Assembly: GCF_963921235.1 (NCBI RefSeq)
Contig: NC_086097.1
Span: 136,960,001-137,024,000 of the forward strand
Direction of reading: 5' to 3'
From: Mobula hypostoma
Lineage: Eukaryota
Length of the DNA stretch: 64,000 nt
The notes beneath the pieces were generated by a model. That model saw nothing but the letters and a program-made list of their open reading frames with translations, did not search any database and was not told the DNA's origin. Every line of letters begins with the position of its first letter. Within the stretch, counting starts at the first letter, position 1. Made by a program: the position numbers and the translations under genes. Below are positions 1 through 13,148 of the stretch, piece after piece.

Positions 1-25
1 ACGTATGGGTTAGTAGGTTAACTGA

Positions 26-250
26 GGAGCAGCACTGGCGTGTAGAGGTTGCTGAAGTGCCAACAACCCAGTTTCAGTTCCACAGCTGTTGGGAAGGAAT
101 ATGTACATTCACCCCATGACAGTGCGATTTTCTCTTGGGTGCTCCCGTTTCCTCCCACTTTCCAAAGATGCACAGGCTATCGGGTTAATTGGTCCACAGG
201 GTTTTAATTTGGCACCGCAGGCGCATGGAGCCAGAAACCTGTGACCACGC
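26..250 (+). mobile_element. tRNA-derived SINE, HE1/V-SINE-like
   Basis: Decayed tRNA-like head followed by the ttctcttgggtgctcccgtttcctcccactttccaaagatg core. Related copies occur at about 18600-18770, 44830-44980, 48930-49080, 49870-50060 and 52500-52700. Confidence 0.65.
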
Positions 251-599
251 TGTATTTCTACATAAAGTAAATAACCTGCTCTGAATTGTAGGATAATCCG
301 GGTTCCCGTCACTCCTGGTTGAAAAGGTGACTGAGAGATCGGATCGCAGATACAGTAAATCCACCTGACGGGGGTTCATTTTAAAATCTCAGTCTCTAAG
401 GCAGCACCTCCAGCAGATGCTTATGGTATTTATCTGAAAACAGATGAGGACACACCTGGCAGTAGCCACGCTCTCCGTCCATCACTGACTGTTGGTGGGC
501 CTGTTCCTGGGCCTTATCATTGCCCTAACAGCCTGTGCTCATTCAGAGATGAGGAGTGAGATTGTGATAGCTGACAGAAGTCAAGCCTTTTCCTTTTCA

Positions 600-3025
600 C
601 GGGATCACAAGACAAAGGAGCAGAAGTAGGCCATTCAGCCCATCGAGTCTGCTCTGCCACTCCACCATGAGCTAAACTATCCTCCCATCTAGTTCCAACT
701 TCCAGCTTTTTCCCCATATCCCTTGATACCCTGACTAATGAGATACCTATCAATCTCCTCCTTAAACACCCTCAATGATCGGGCCTCCACAGCTGTATGT
801 GGCAACGAATTCCATAAATCCATGACTCTCTGGCTAAAAAAACATTCTCCTCATCTCTGTTTTAAATGGGTACCCTCTAATTCTAAGTCTGTGGCCTCTT
901 GTCCTGGACTCACCCACCAAGGGAAACAACCTTTCCACATCGACCCTGTCCAACCCTTTCAACATTCGAAATGTTTCTAGAAGATTCCCTCTCATTCTTC
1001 TATACTCTAATGAATACAGTCCAAGAGCCGAAAAACGCTCCTCATATGTTAGCCCCTGCATTCCAGGAATCATCCTCGTAAATCTTCTCTGAACTCTCTC
1101 CAACATCAGTACATCCCATCTAAGATAGGGGGCCCAAAACTGCACACAGTATTCCAAATGAGGTCTCACCAGTGCCCCATAGAGTCTCATCAACACCTCC
1201 TTACTCTTATACACTATTCCTCTTGAAATGAATGCCAACATAGCATTCGCTTTCCTTACCGCCAATCCAACTTGGTGGTTAACCTTTAGGGTATCCTGCA
1301 CGAGGACCCCCAAGTCCCTTTGCACTTCTGATTTTTGAATTTTCTCCCCATCTAAGTAATAATCTGCCCGATTATTTCTTTCAAAATGTACAACCGTACA
1401 TTTCTCAACATTGTATCTTATCTACCATTTCTTTGTCCACTCTCCTAAACTGACCAAGTCTCTCTACAACCTTTCCGTTTCTTCAACACTTCCTGCTCCT
1501 CCACCTGTCTTGGTGTCATCTGCAAACCTAGACACAAAACCAATTAATCCAAAATCTAAATCATCGCTATACATTGTAAAAAGAAGCCGCCCCAACACCG
1601 ACCCCTGCAGAACACCACTAGCAACCGGCAACCAATCAAAATAGGATCCTTTATTCCCACCCTTTGCTTTCTGCCTATCAGCCAATGCTCCACCCATTCC
1701 AATCTTTCCTGTAATTCCATGGGCTCTCATCTTATTAAGCAGCCTCTTATGCGGCACCTTATCGAAGGCCTTTTGAAAATCCAAATACACAACATCCACA
1801 GCCTCTCCCTTGTCAATCTTATTTGAGATTACCTCAAAAAATTCCAATAGGTTGGTGAGGCAGGATCTTCCCTTTATGAAACCATGCTGGCTTGGGCCTA
1901 TTTTGTCATGCACCTCAAGGTATTTCATAACCTCATCCTTGAGGATCGCCTCCAATGACTTTCCAACTACTGAAGTCAGACTAATATGTCTGTAATTTTC
2001 TTTTTGCTGCCTCCCTCCTTTCTTAAACAGCGGAACTACATTTGCGACCTTCCAGTCCTCCGGAACCATGCCAGAGTCTATTGATTCTTGGAAGATCATT
2101 TCCAATGCTTCCACAATCTCCAAAGCCACCTCCTTCAGAACCCGTGGGTGCACCTCATCTGGTCCAGGAGACCTATCTATTCTTAGTCCATTTAGCTTCC
2201 CAAGCACTTTCTCTCTAGTAATCTTGACTGTACCTAATTCTATTCCCTGAGACCTCTGGCTATCAGGTATGTTGCTAACGTCTTCCACTTTGAAGACCAA
2301 TGCAAAATACTCATCCAGTTCCTCTGCCATCTCTTTGTTACCCATTATAATTTCTCCAACATCATTTTCAATCGGTCCTATATCTACCCGTGTCACTCTT
2401 TTACTCTTCATATATTTAAAAAAACTTTTAGTATCCTTTTTTATGTTAATTGCCAACTTCCTTTCATAATTCATCTTTTTCTTCCTAATGACTTTCTTAG
2501 TTTCCTTCTGCAAGTTTTTAAGAAGTTGTCCAGTCCTCAGTTTTCCCACTAATTTTTGCTTCCTTGTACACCGTCTCTTTTGCTTTTATTTTAGCCTTAA
2601 CCTCTCTTATTAGCCACATTTGTGTCATTTTTCCATTCATGATCTTTTTTCTTGGAATATATTTTTCCTGCACTTTCCTTATTTCTTGTAGGAATTTCAT
2701 CCAATTCTGCTCTACCGTTCCTCCATCTGGCTTACTTTTCCAATCGACTTGGGCCAGTTCCACTTTCATACCACTGCAATTTCCTTTGTTCCACTGAAAT
2801 ATCAATCCACCTGGTATCAGCTTCTCCTTTATAAATTTGAAACTGAACTCAAACATATTATGATCACTACTTCCAAGCGGTTCCATTACCTTCAGCTCCT
2901 TAATTGCCTCAGGTTCATTACACAGCATCCAATCCAAAACAGCCAGTCCCCTGGTGGCCTTATAGAAAAGCTGCTCCAAAAAGCCATCCCGTAGGCATTC
3001 TACAAACTCCCTTTTGACACTCACT
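600..3025 (-). mobile_element. CR1-clade LINE, 5'-truncated, about 2.4 kb with frameshifted ORF2 and 3' UTR
   Basis: ORFs 2518-3024, 1464-2549 and 834-1325 carry CR1 endonuclease-end and RT motifs (SDH, SPGPD, PEDWKVANVVPLFKKG, YLDFQKAFDKVPH, QGSVLG, FADDTK, RPHLEYCVQFWAP). Confidence 0.95.
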
Positions 3026-3441
3026 TAGCAATGCCCTTGAATGACCTCCCTTGTGCAACTGGGTTTAGCAAGGGTCAGGATCTTAGTGAACAGGCAATTT
3101 AGATAACGCTTAAGCCTACTGATAACAGAAGCATCCACCAGCTGCAATATGCACTTATAATGATAATTTCAATTCAGGTTAAAATAAATAACAAGACAGG
3201 ACAGGTGACATTTCCCATGTGCCTGAGCAATGCCTAAGGTTATCAATCTTTCCAACAATTGTGTCCAAAACACAGCAGTATTTTATGCTGCCTTATCAAA
3301 TTCAAACTGATAATCAGATATTCTGAAATAAATATAAATATGCAAAAATACCCGATGTAAAAGGAATAACTATAATTAAGTGGTAGCATTCATATACCAT
3401 TCTAATTGCTGAATGACTGGGTTAACATATTAAATGCATAC

Positions 3442-3495
3442 CTGATGACCGATGGGACCAATCTGCCCTTTCTCGCCCTTTTCACCAGCACTCCC
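3442..3495 (-). CDS. col14a1: col14a1 exon, Gly-X-Y (GSAGEKGEKGQIGPIGHQ)
   Basis: 54-nt exon, acceptor tccacag, donor gtatgc. Confidence 0.93.
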
Positions 3496-4398
3496 CTGTG
3501 GAATTGATAACACCATTCAGACATCAAACTTCACCTTCGACAGTCAAGAATAATGGGAGGATTTCCGCCCTCAATTGAGCTCAGAGAAGTTATTAAAGGG
3601 ATCACAAAACATTATTCATAATTTCCCTCTGGACAGCAAAACCTCATTAATAACTTAAGCTCTGGTGCAGGGTGGTAATGGAAGAGTTTCTATAAGGGAG
3701 GTTGAATTCATCCCAAAGTGGCAGATCCAGTTTCAAAGTTCAAAGTTCACAAAGTAAATTCATTACCAAAGTATGCATATATCATTGTATACTACCTTGA
3801 TATTTATTTTCCTGCAGGCATTCATAGTGAAGCAAAGGAATACAGTGCAAAACTACACACAAAGACTGACAAACAATCAATGTGCAAAAGAACAGAAACT
3901 CCAATAAATAGATAGATAATTAATTAATATTAAGAACACGAGTTGAATAGTCCTTAAAACTGAGTCCACAAGTTGTGGACTCAGTTCAGAGTTAAGGTGA
4001 GTGAAGTTATCCACACTGATTCAGAGTGCTGATGGTTGAAGTTATCTTGCACCATCCACTCTATCACAGGGAGAATAGTCCCAATGGTTTAAAACTGACC
4101 AGCGACAACCCCAACACGATACGAGTCAAATTCACTGTGACTTTTCTCTTCACTGTCTTGTACAATTTATATTCTGCGTGCTGTCTGTACCACGTGACCA
4201 CGTGCCTGGTGATGTTGCTGCAAGCAAGCTTTTCATTGTACCAGCCCCCTACTGTATGACCCCTGGTCTGTGTTGTTCTACTGCCCACAGGCCATTCTTA
4301 TGTTCAATCAGATCAGACCTCAGGAAAGCTAAAGAAAACTTTCTACTAATGTCAAAGAGTTAAGGACCCCACGGGGGGATGGGGTGTAAACCACTCAC

Positions 4399-4494
4399 CG
4401 GAGGACCTTGAATCGAGAGTCCACTTGGTCCCTGTGGCCCAGGCTGACCCTGAAGACCTGGCATGCCCATCTCACCCCGCTGACCACCAGGACC
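4399..4494 (-). CDS. col14a1: col14a1 exon, Gly-X-Y with GLSIQG imperfection ([32 protein letters not shown])
   Basis: 96 nt, acceptor ggtgcag, donor gtgagt. Confidence 0.94.
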
Positions 4495-4970
4495 CTGCAC
4501 CAAACAGAGACACATCAGCAGCCAGGTCCGAACAGGCAGTGGCCTGATGATGCAGCCTGAAGCTCACGTAGACCTACAGACTGTAGCTTCAAACTTCTGA
4601 GACACAGAGATCTGAAGACTGAATGACATTGTCTTTTGCCCAGGGATTTTGGGGGAGGGTAAGGCTGGGTGGGATTGGAAACGGGTTGGGAGGGATGGGG
4701 GCACCATGAGGTGTTGGATGGAATCATATTAAGGACGTTGGAGGGGTCGGGATGGTAAGGCTAAATGGGATTGAGAGAGGTGGAAGGATCAGGGAGGGGC
4801 AAGGTTGAGATCCGGGTTGGGGGGGGCATTGAGTTTTCCACTTCCAGTTCCAGCGTGGATCTGTAGCAGTAAATGTACTGAATATCATCATCATTTTCAA
4901 AAGGAAAAAATAAAGGCTTTTGCATGCTAGGTTAACAGGCTTTTTGTAAGTTTGTATTGGAAACTCTTAC

Positions 4971-5024
4971 CCGTTGACCTTGTTCTCCCCTCTCACCTCT
5001 TGGCCCTCGTAAACCCGGGCTGCC
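4971..5024 (-). CDS. col14a1: col14a1 exon, Gly-X-Y (GSPGLRGPRGERGEQGQR)
   Basis: Classic 54-nt collagen exon, acceptor tttacag, donor gtaaga. Confidence 0.94.
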
Positions 5025-6270
5025 CTGTAAAAGAGACATCAATAGGAAAGTTCTGTATCAGTGGGAGATTTTTAGATCAATGGGAGAGTTCATTATAAAC
5101 TGTATTAGTGGAAGAGTTCTATGTTAATGAGAGCCCTGTGTGAAGGGGCGAGTTCGATATCAATACTTCTGTATAATGAGTAGCAAGAGTTAGATCCCAT
5201 CAAATGATCAAGTGTCACACACAAACTGCTGAGTCTGGTTTTATCGCTGTGCACTTTGATGGAAATACAAACTACTTGCTGGCAGGTGCCAAACAGTGTC
5301 CCCATCACTCCTGCGGACTTGTTGCCATCGATATTGTCAAGGCACGCAAGTCATTGCTGAGACTCTGGGAATACTGCTCTAAGGAAGACACCTTGCAATG
5401 AAATGCTGAAACAGTTATAACAGAAGCGTAAGCACTGTTAGAAATGGGAAAAAGTTCAAAAAGAATTAACAATCAAGACACAAGCTATTCAGCCCAACTG
5501 TTTCTTGCCAGGAGTTCTGCTTCAATGAACAGCTCCCGCCCATGTTCACCACCCCATTTGAAGTAATCCTGGAATTCCCCAAAGGATTTTGTGGCTGCTG
5601 AGAATATTCACACCCCACATCCATTCTTGATGCCAGGATGCCTGGAATACTCAGAGACCAACAGGAACATTCTGACCATTGGGACTTATCACAGCTGCTT
5701 CCCTATTGAGTACCAGTGTGGCGGCAGGCTGCCTCCCCCAGCCCTGTGATGTCTCTCCCCATCCCTGCTCCCTGTGTAACAAGCTTGCCCAATCCTTGTC
5801 TTGTTCCGGGAGACCCGGTGCCCAACACTTGCTTCAACCAGTTTTACCTGTCTCTCTCAGTGCATGCCTGTAGCAAAGTCAAAGCTCAGGAGCTGATTGA
5901 GCTGGAGAACAGCAGCTTCAAGCAAGTGGGATTCCTGTTTGAATACCCTGATCATATCTTCCATTTACTTCCTCTGCTCTGACCTCAGCTTCTCTCCTCA
6001 GGACTGAAGTCTTTCACCCCTAGAACCATTCTCTTCCACTCCATCTCCAGAGCCTTGATATCCCCCCAAGTGGCAGTGCCCACAGATTAGATGCTCAATC
6101 CAATTGTCTATAAAGGTCTAACTTCCTCCCTCAGTAGTAATACTGAACTCAAGAAACTAATACCATATTATCAACAACGAAAAGCTGAAGAAACCAAGTG
6201 ACGCTGCATTTTTTTTTTTACAGACCAGTTTTTTCTTCCAATTATCCTCTTTCAAACCAAACCCTCTTAC

Positions 6271-6357
6271 CGGAGGACCCAAGGGCCCAGGTGGTCCTTT
6301 ACTGTCTTGAGAACAAGTGCAGGCATGAGGAAGGGCTGGACAGTTGCCTTCATCTCT
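6271..6357 (-). CDS. col14a1: col14a1 exon, NC3/COL2 junction ([29 protein letters not shown])
   Basis: Acceptor ctttcag, donor gtaaga, 87 nt, phase 0/0. Confidence 0.94.
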
Positions 6358-7601
6358 CTGAAAGAAATAATCATTTCATCATACCAACAACCAGTCGTTC
6401 CCTTCCAGATCTCCCACCGAGTAAACGGATAAATTAGTTTATTGTTGTGCATGTACCACAGTACACTGAGAAACTTTATTGATCATTTCATCCCACCAGT
6501 GCTTTGTGGTGGTAGAAGGGGAAAGCAATAATAGAGTGTAGAGTAAAGTGTTACGGTTACAGATAAAGTGCAGTGCAGCCAGACAATAAGGTGCAAGCCC
6601 ACGACATGGTAGATTGTGAAGCCCAGAGTGCATCTCATCATACTAGGCGCTGTTCAGTAATGTAATTGCTGGGGATAGAAAGTATCCAGCTCTAGGCAGA
6701 GTTTCACCAGTGTGGTGACACTATTTTTCTCCTGTAAACAAATCCTATTGCACTCAAGGCCAAGGTATCATTTACATTCATGACTGCTTGCTAACCCTGA
6801 ATGCCTGTTCTCAATGACTGGTGTACAAGGACACACAGGTCACTTTCCCCACTCTATCACCATTCAGATAATAATGACCTTCTGTGTTTGTAACCAACAT
6901 AGATAACTTCACACATTTTCACATTAAACTGCATCTGCCACGCATTTGCCCACTCAGCCAACTTGCCTAAGTCACATCAGAACAGGGAACAGTACAGCAC
7001 AGGAATAGATCCTTTGACCCAAGATGTCTTTGCTAATTATGAGGCCCAATGAAACTAATATATTTTGGAAAAGGATACAGTGTTATTTGTAATATAATCT
7101 GAATAGAATTTATATCCCTGCTTTCCCTGCACATTTCTGTATTTGCCTAACAGACTGTCAAATGCCACTATCATATCCGTTTCCACTACTACCCCTTGCC
7201 AATTCTCACTTTAATCCCACTTTTAGAGTGAGATTACCTACATTCATCGAAACCTTAGGCAGTTCACAAGCCCTGTGTACTAAATCTCTCCTCAGAGGTC
7301 AAACCTTGCCTCTTGCTCCCAAAAATCAATGCAGTGAACCGTCATTGTCAACCGTCACTAAAGTGGGAAACGACACATTAGAGTAAAAAGCAAAAAGCTT
7401 TGGAAATCCAATGGAGGCAAAGTGATAGTTGATGTTTCAGTCAAGACCCTGAATAAAGGATGTACAAGAGCAGTATGCATACTAATACTACCACATAATT
7501 ATTACATAATTTTACTGGAAACATTGTGGTATGTACATAGTAGTCTTGCTGTTGCTAATATGTTTTATAAAGATTCCACACATTTTCTCTTAATTTTATA
7601 A

Positions 7602-7738
7602 CGCAAACACCAAGAATTCGGCAGATGCTGGAAATTCAAGCAACACACATCAAAGTTGCTGGTGAACGCAGCAGGCCAGGCAGCATCTCTAGGAAGAGGT
7701 ACCATCGACGTTTCAGGCCGAGACCCTTCGTCAGGACT
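7602..7738 (-). mobile_element. Short solo PLE terminal-repeat insertion carrying a hammerhead motif, with 11-bp flanking duplication
   Basis: Near-identical to the PLE 3' end at 26620-26750. taattttataa occurs at both 7591-7601 and 7743-7753. Confidence 0.8.
7703..7738 (-). ncRNA. Minimal type I hammerhead ribozyme motif (PLE-associated), core intact
   Basis: Minus strand: AGTC-CTGACGA-AGGGTCTCGGCCT-GAAA-CG-TC^GATG. Stem I is weak. Confidence 0.65.
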
Positions 7739-7950
7739 TTTATAATTTTATAATCCGTGCCTTAGTTCATGAATGCAAGAACTTCATACATCTTATTCAC
7801 TATTTCATTCAGGGGTCTTGAGACATTTGCTCTCTTTATTCCTCTATATTTCCCAGTTGGCCCAACAAACTGTACCTTGCCTTGTTTGTCTTCCCCAGAA
7901 TGCATGACCTCACACATCCACACTGAGCTCCATTTGCTATCTATGTGAGC

Positions 7951-7985
7951 AACACACACACACACACACGCACACACGCACACAC
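7951..7985 (+). repeat. (CA)n microsatellite
   Basis: aacacacacacacacacacgcacacacgcacacac. Confidence 0.9.
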
Positions 7986-8284
7986 CCCAAATGCTAGAGG
8001 AAGCCAGGCAGCATCTATGGAAATGAATGAACCGTCAAAGTTTTGGGCCAAGACCCTTCATCAGGGCTGTTGCTATTTCTTCGCCTACCTCACAAATCCA
8101 TTAAAACATTCCCTTTAGAATTACAGAGCTATACAGCATGGAAACAAGCCCTTCAGGCCCAAATAATCCATGCCTACCAAGATGCATGTCTAAGCAAATT
8201 CTATCTGCCTGCATCCCTCTAAGCCTTTCCTATCCATGAACCTGTCTGCACCTCTCCAGCCCCTCTGGCAGCTCTTTCCATACA

Positions 8285-9237
8285 CACTCAGTGGCAACTT
8301 TATTAGGTACGGGACTGCAGGATAGTTGTTCTACTTAAATACTTACCTGGCATTTGTCGGTAATTTCCAAGCCAATAAGCATTAACACAACTTTTTAGTT
8401 CTTGGAAAGCAAATGGATTTTGTGATGTTTAATAGAACAATTCAAGTTATCAACGTTGCTGCAGAAAAATAATAACTGGCTCTTCTACAGGGTCCTTGTG
8501 ACTCCTTTAGAATGTCCCAAAGCATTTTACAATCAATGGTACTAGTTCAGATTTAGATTAGCTTGTTATCCTATATACCAGAGGGCAGATGAGAATGGCC
8601 AAGGAGGCAGATATCCTTGATCAACACTGTTAGCCTTCCTAATGCAACGGACCAGGAAGATGGACGAGATGGAAGAAGTGAAGTGTAGCCACTGGTGTGT
8701 TATAGAAAACACAAAGACCAGTTTATTGTCACATGTCTGCTGCTATAGCCCATCCACTTCAGGGTTCGACGTGTCGTAGATGCAGACGTGCTTTTCTGCA
8801 CACCACCTTTGGAACATGTGGAAATTTGAGTTATTACTGCCTTCCTGTCAGCTTGATCCAGTCTGACCATTCTCCTCTGACTTCACTCATTAACAAGATG
8901 TTTTCACCCACAGAACTGCCACTCAGTGGGTGTTTTTTTTTTGTTTTTCCACACCATTCTCTGTAAACTCTAGAGACTGTTGTGCATGAAAATCCCAGGA
9001 GATAAACAGTTTCTGAGATACTCAAACCATCCTGTTTGGCATGAACAATCATTCCACAGTCAAAGTCACTTAAATCACGTTCCTTCCCCATTCTGGTATT
9101 TGATGTGAACAACAACTGAACCGTTTGTCCATATCTGCATGTTTTCATGCATTGAGGTGCTGCCACATGATCGGCTGATTACACATTTGCAGTAAGGACC
9201 AGGTGTACATCTGACCTAATGAATTGGCCACTGAGTG
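8285..9237 (-). mobile_element. Tc1-like DNA transposon, internally deleted, inserted in a CR1 3' fragment
   Basis: TIRs cactcagtggcaactttattaggt and acctaatgaattggccactgagtg, followed by TA on the right. ORF 8834-9166 encodes a Tc1 N-terminal HTH (MGKERDLSDFDCGMIV...GLSISETVYLLGFSCTTVSRVYREW). Confidence 0.85.
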
Positions 9238-11511
9238 TATTACCACCCCCTGTATGAAAAACCTACCCCTCAATCCCTCATAAATCATTGTCAATCCCTT
9301 ATAAATCATTGTCAAAGCTATAATCTCTGATAAACTCTGGGGAAAGCAGAGCAACTCAATGCTGCTCAATGTTAAACACCTCTCGACAACGTCACATCTC
9401 AGTCTCCTTTCTCTCCAAGTAAAATAATCCCAGCCTATCCAATCTCTCCTTATAACACAAACTCCCCGTAGTCTAAACTTTCCTTTTGACTATGAACACA
9501 CACCATTTTATGCACTCTCTTCGAATCTTTCACCTATGCTCCAAAATTTTCTCTGTAAATCTCTTCTCCTTGCAAAATGGCTTTCCGATTCAGATTCATT
9601 TGTTTAGCACATGCACATCAAAACATACAGTGATAAACACAAGGGATTCTGCAGATGCTGGAAATCCAGAACTACACACACAAAATGCTGCAGCAACTCA
9701 GCATGTCAGGCAGCTTCTATGGAAATAAATCAACAGTCAATGTTTCAGGCCGAGATCCTTCTTCAGGACCGAAAAGGAAGGGGGAAACAGTGATGTGTGT
9801 CATTTGTGTAGACAACCAACACCTAAGAATGTGCTGGAGGCAACTTGCAAGTATCGGCACACATTCTGGCACCTACAATGCTCGCCAGAACAACACAGAA
9901 TACAACAAAACGGAACACAAAAGGCAACCAAACAACAACAACAAAGCAAGCCCCTTTCCACCCTCCCACCCACTTGCGCACACGGACAGTCCTCCAACTC
10001 AAACCCCAGGACAGTCCCCAAGTCCACCCCTAAAAACAGCTGAGTCTGAGCTACAGGCTTGACAGAGACCACACCATGTTGACCAAAAGATTTTTTCCTG
10101 CAAAGCAGTTTCACTCCCGCCCCTCCCAAGCCCAGGAATAAAAAGATCCCATTCTCATTCGTTCTTATGCACATGTTTAAGATCATAACAGTATTGCAAA
10201 TTCATCCCTTTTGAGTGAGGGTTCATGAACACGTGGGTGCTTTAATGAATTGGGAATGCTGTTCCCAATGCCGGTGGTCCTGATGCATTCTGCAAACTAG
10301 AGCCACAGTATGGGTCAATCTTCTCAGACAGTGCTAGGGAAATCAGGGGAGTGGAGAGAAATCCACAGCTGCGGCCCACACACCTGCTTCATGAAAGCCC
10401 TTGGAGGCTACTTAGCTCCAACACCATTCTCTTTCTTAATGACTGAAACCAGTGGGCAGAAAGCCATTGTAAATTGACAAATTGAAGCTTTTACAATCCT
10501 AACACAAGTTTGGCTTTTATGTTATGGATTTATGGCATTAAACCCAAATGCAATTAGAAGCCCACATAAAACATTTTAAGACATGAGGTATTGAATGAGA
10601 AGACCCTGAAGGCTTGAAGAGAATGATCGGGCAGATCCAACATTAACATGTTTCTACTCTCTCTGCAGATTCTGCCTGATCTGGTATTTCTATGGATTTC
10701 TAGTATTTCCTGGTTTTATTTATTTCCATATCTACTACAGTGTTAGCAACTCTATAGATTTTTGCTTAATGTTAATCCTTTCAATTATATAACTCAAGGG
10801 AAATCCAAAAATTTACTTCAAGCATGTACAATGCATCCTCAAGGAATCTGATGCATGGGAAAGGCTGTAATCACCCAAAGTCCAGTGTTGTTTAATGGGT
10901 AGACAAGTTAGGCACCTTATACGCCGGTTGTGTGAACCTCTCCCACCCCAACTACATCCCGTTCCTGTCATCTGATTCATATGCTCTCTTTACATTGTCA
11001 TTAAACAACCAAGGGCAAAGTACATTGTGACATTCCCTCATATTGTCAACTGGATTGTAGTGTCACTTCCAAACAAATTACCATTCACTGAGAATGCCCG
11101 CAAAAATAATGATAACTGTGCCAGAGTTAGCTAGCCCTGTGTAAACTGACAGAAGCCTGAAGTCTCGTACCACCAGGTTCAAGAACCTTGAACCACCACA
11201 TTCTTCAACCAACCGACACAGCCCTGTTCACTACCTCAGTGTAGCAACACTCCAATCAATTTGACCTCTTTGCACCACAAAGGACCTTGTTAAAAATTCT
11301 AATTGTGTTCTTTCTTGAATTATTGAGTATAATTTATGCTTAATTTATGTTTATCATGTGACTGCTGTAACTGTGATGCTGCTGCAAGTTTTTCATTGCA
11401 CCTGTGCATATGACAATAAACTTGATTTGTACGTTCTCAGAATCATCTCTCTGCTTAAAAAAAAATCAGACAGTACATGCAGAAATCACTGTTATTTTAA
11501 TCATTACTCAC

Positions 11512-11589
11512 CAGAGCAGGAAGTTCGCAGCACTTGTCCTTGTTTGCATAGGACGTGGAACAGGAAATATCAAAGCCTTGCAACTGGAA
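11512..11589 (-). CDS. col14a1: col14a1 exon, TSPN end ([26 protein letters not shown])
   Basis: Acceptor atttcag, donor gtgagt, 78 nt, phase 0/0. Confidence 0.94.
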
Positions 11590-11699
11590 CTGAAATTTAA
11601 ATGAAATAATGAAAGGAAATCCTTGTGAGGCACCAAACAGTTTAAATCGGCAATACAACTCTGACTTGCTGGAAATCACTCTGCCCACATCAACCCTTT

Positions 11700-12345
11700 A
11701 AACTTGACCTCTCAACCATATTTCAAAACAAGCAGAAATGAACCACCTCCCATTAACATTCAGTGGTGCTAGCATCATTGAATCCCCCCGCCCACCTAGG
11801 ATCACTGTTCAACTGGACCAGCCACAAGAGTAGATCAGAGATTGGGCATCCTCCGGTAAACGATTCAACTGCAGAACTGCCAAAGCCTTTGAAATATCTA
11901 TAAGGCACAAGTCAGGCGTGTCATGGAATACCTCTCCCTTTGTCAAGATGAATGCAGCTTCAAAGCTCAATACAATCAGAACAACCAAGTTCCCAGCACC
12001 CATTCACTACCTGAAACACTCACTCCCTACACCACTGGCACACAGGGGCTCCAGCTATGTCCCAGGCCTCTCCAACACTGTGAACACCATCAGAAACAAG
12101 GACAAGGGAAGCAGGAACATGGGAATGCCACCATCTCTACAAATCACATACCATCCTAACCTGACACTAACCTGCCTTCACTGTCACTAAGTCTGAATCC
12201 TTGGACCTTCTCCCCAATTTCAGCATCATTATCATGTGGCTGGAAGGGTTCAAGGGGACAACTCACCTCCACCATCTTAAGGAGCAATTGGGGAGGGGTA
12301 GTAAATGCTAGGCTCACCAGTAACATCCTCATCAACTGAGAGAAT
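11700..12345 (+). mobile_element. Old, highly decayed CR1/L2-group LINE 3' fragment
   Basis: Degenerate RT C-terminal remnant (IYKAQVR-MEY-P) and 3' tail. A related minus-strand copy lies at about 61330-61790. Confidence 0.55.
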
Positions 12346-12589
12346 AACATAAGGGAGGAAAAAAATTTCCAGTGCTTCACTGATAGCATTTACAGGTCCT
12401 CCACGGGTTAGGACAGGGTTCTGTTCCAGTGAACAGTTCTTAGCCTGGACAGTAACAAGTCAGAAGTACTGCCACAAACAGTGTTCCCACCCGGGAGGGG
12501 GTTCATGCAGTTCTGTTGAAGCCAACAAGTGCATCCCAGCAGTCAGTCAAACGCACAATCGTAATGTATGGCTGTTCAAAACACAAACA

Positions 12590-12800
12590 CAAGAAAATCT
12601 GCTGGAAATCCAAAGCAACACACACACAAAGTACTGGAGGAACTCAGCAGGCCAGGCAGCATCTATGGAAAAGAGTAAACAGCTGATGTTTCAGGCCAGT
12701 CTTGATAAAGGGTCTCGGCCTGAAACATCGACTGTACTCTTTCCCATAGATGCTGCCTGACCTGCTGATTTCCTCCAGCATTTTATGTGTTGTTGCCTTG
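12590..12800. repeat. PLE-derived fold-back palindrome (inverted terminal-repeat pair)
   Basis: Arms ctggaggaactcagcagg...catctatggaa and ttcccatagatgctgcctgacctgctgatttcctccag flank a decayed hammerhead. Confidence 0.8.
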
Positions 12801-12905
12801 GGTGCTCATAACTTTTGGAGGAGCTGTTCTCTGACAATGCCCCTTATAAAGACTTGGACTACACAAATATACGGGTATAAGGTCTGAAATGGATAACATT
12901 CAGGT

Positions 12906-13148
12906 TTTTTTGTGTGTGCCCCATACTCTGCCAGAGCCTCGGCAACCACTTTTTTCAAGTGGTTGTCTTGGAGGAAAGATTCTGTGAGTTATCCCCCACG
13001 TTCTTCTCACAGCGCAGTTTTTTTTTACGAGGCCGGGTTGCGAGCTCAACACTCAACCCGAGCGTGCCCAGGAGCGGCCTGACTGGATTCGAACTCGGGA
13101 ACCTTCGCTCCGGAGTCCGGTGCTGATGTCACCGTGCCACCAGCTGGC
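12906..13148 (-). mobile_element. Full-length tRNA-derived SINE with A-rich tail and 11-bp TSD
   Basis: Minus strand has an A box (TGGCACGGTGA), B box (GTTCGAATCC) and A-rich tail. TSD copies are aacattcaggt (12895-12905) and aatgttcaggt (13149-13159). Confidence 0.8.

Noticed and set aside
270..530. Possible next Gly-X-Y exon of col14a1
   Set aside because: No sustained Gly-X-Y frame bounded by AG/GT was found. The next exon probably lies beyond position 1.
12941..12967. Minus-strand ACTTGAAAAAAGTGG resembles the Cas9 tracrRNA/sgRNA scaffold hairpin
   Set aside because: The match is only about 15 nt, lies inside a SINE hairpin, and none of the rest of the scaffold is present. Coincidental.
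13085..13148. tRNA gene
   Set aside because: A and B boxes are present, but there is no complete cloverleaf and it is attached to a body, tail and TSD. It is a SINE head.
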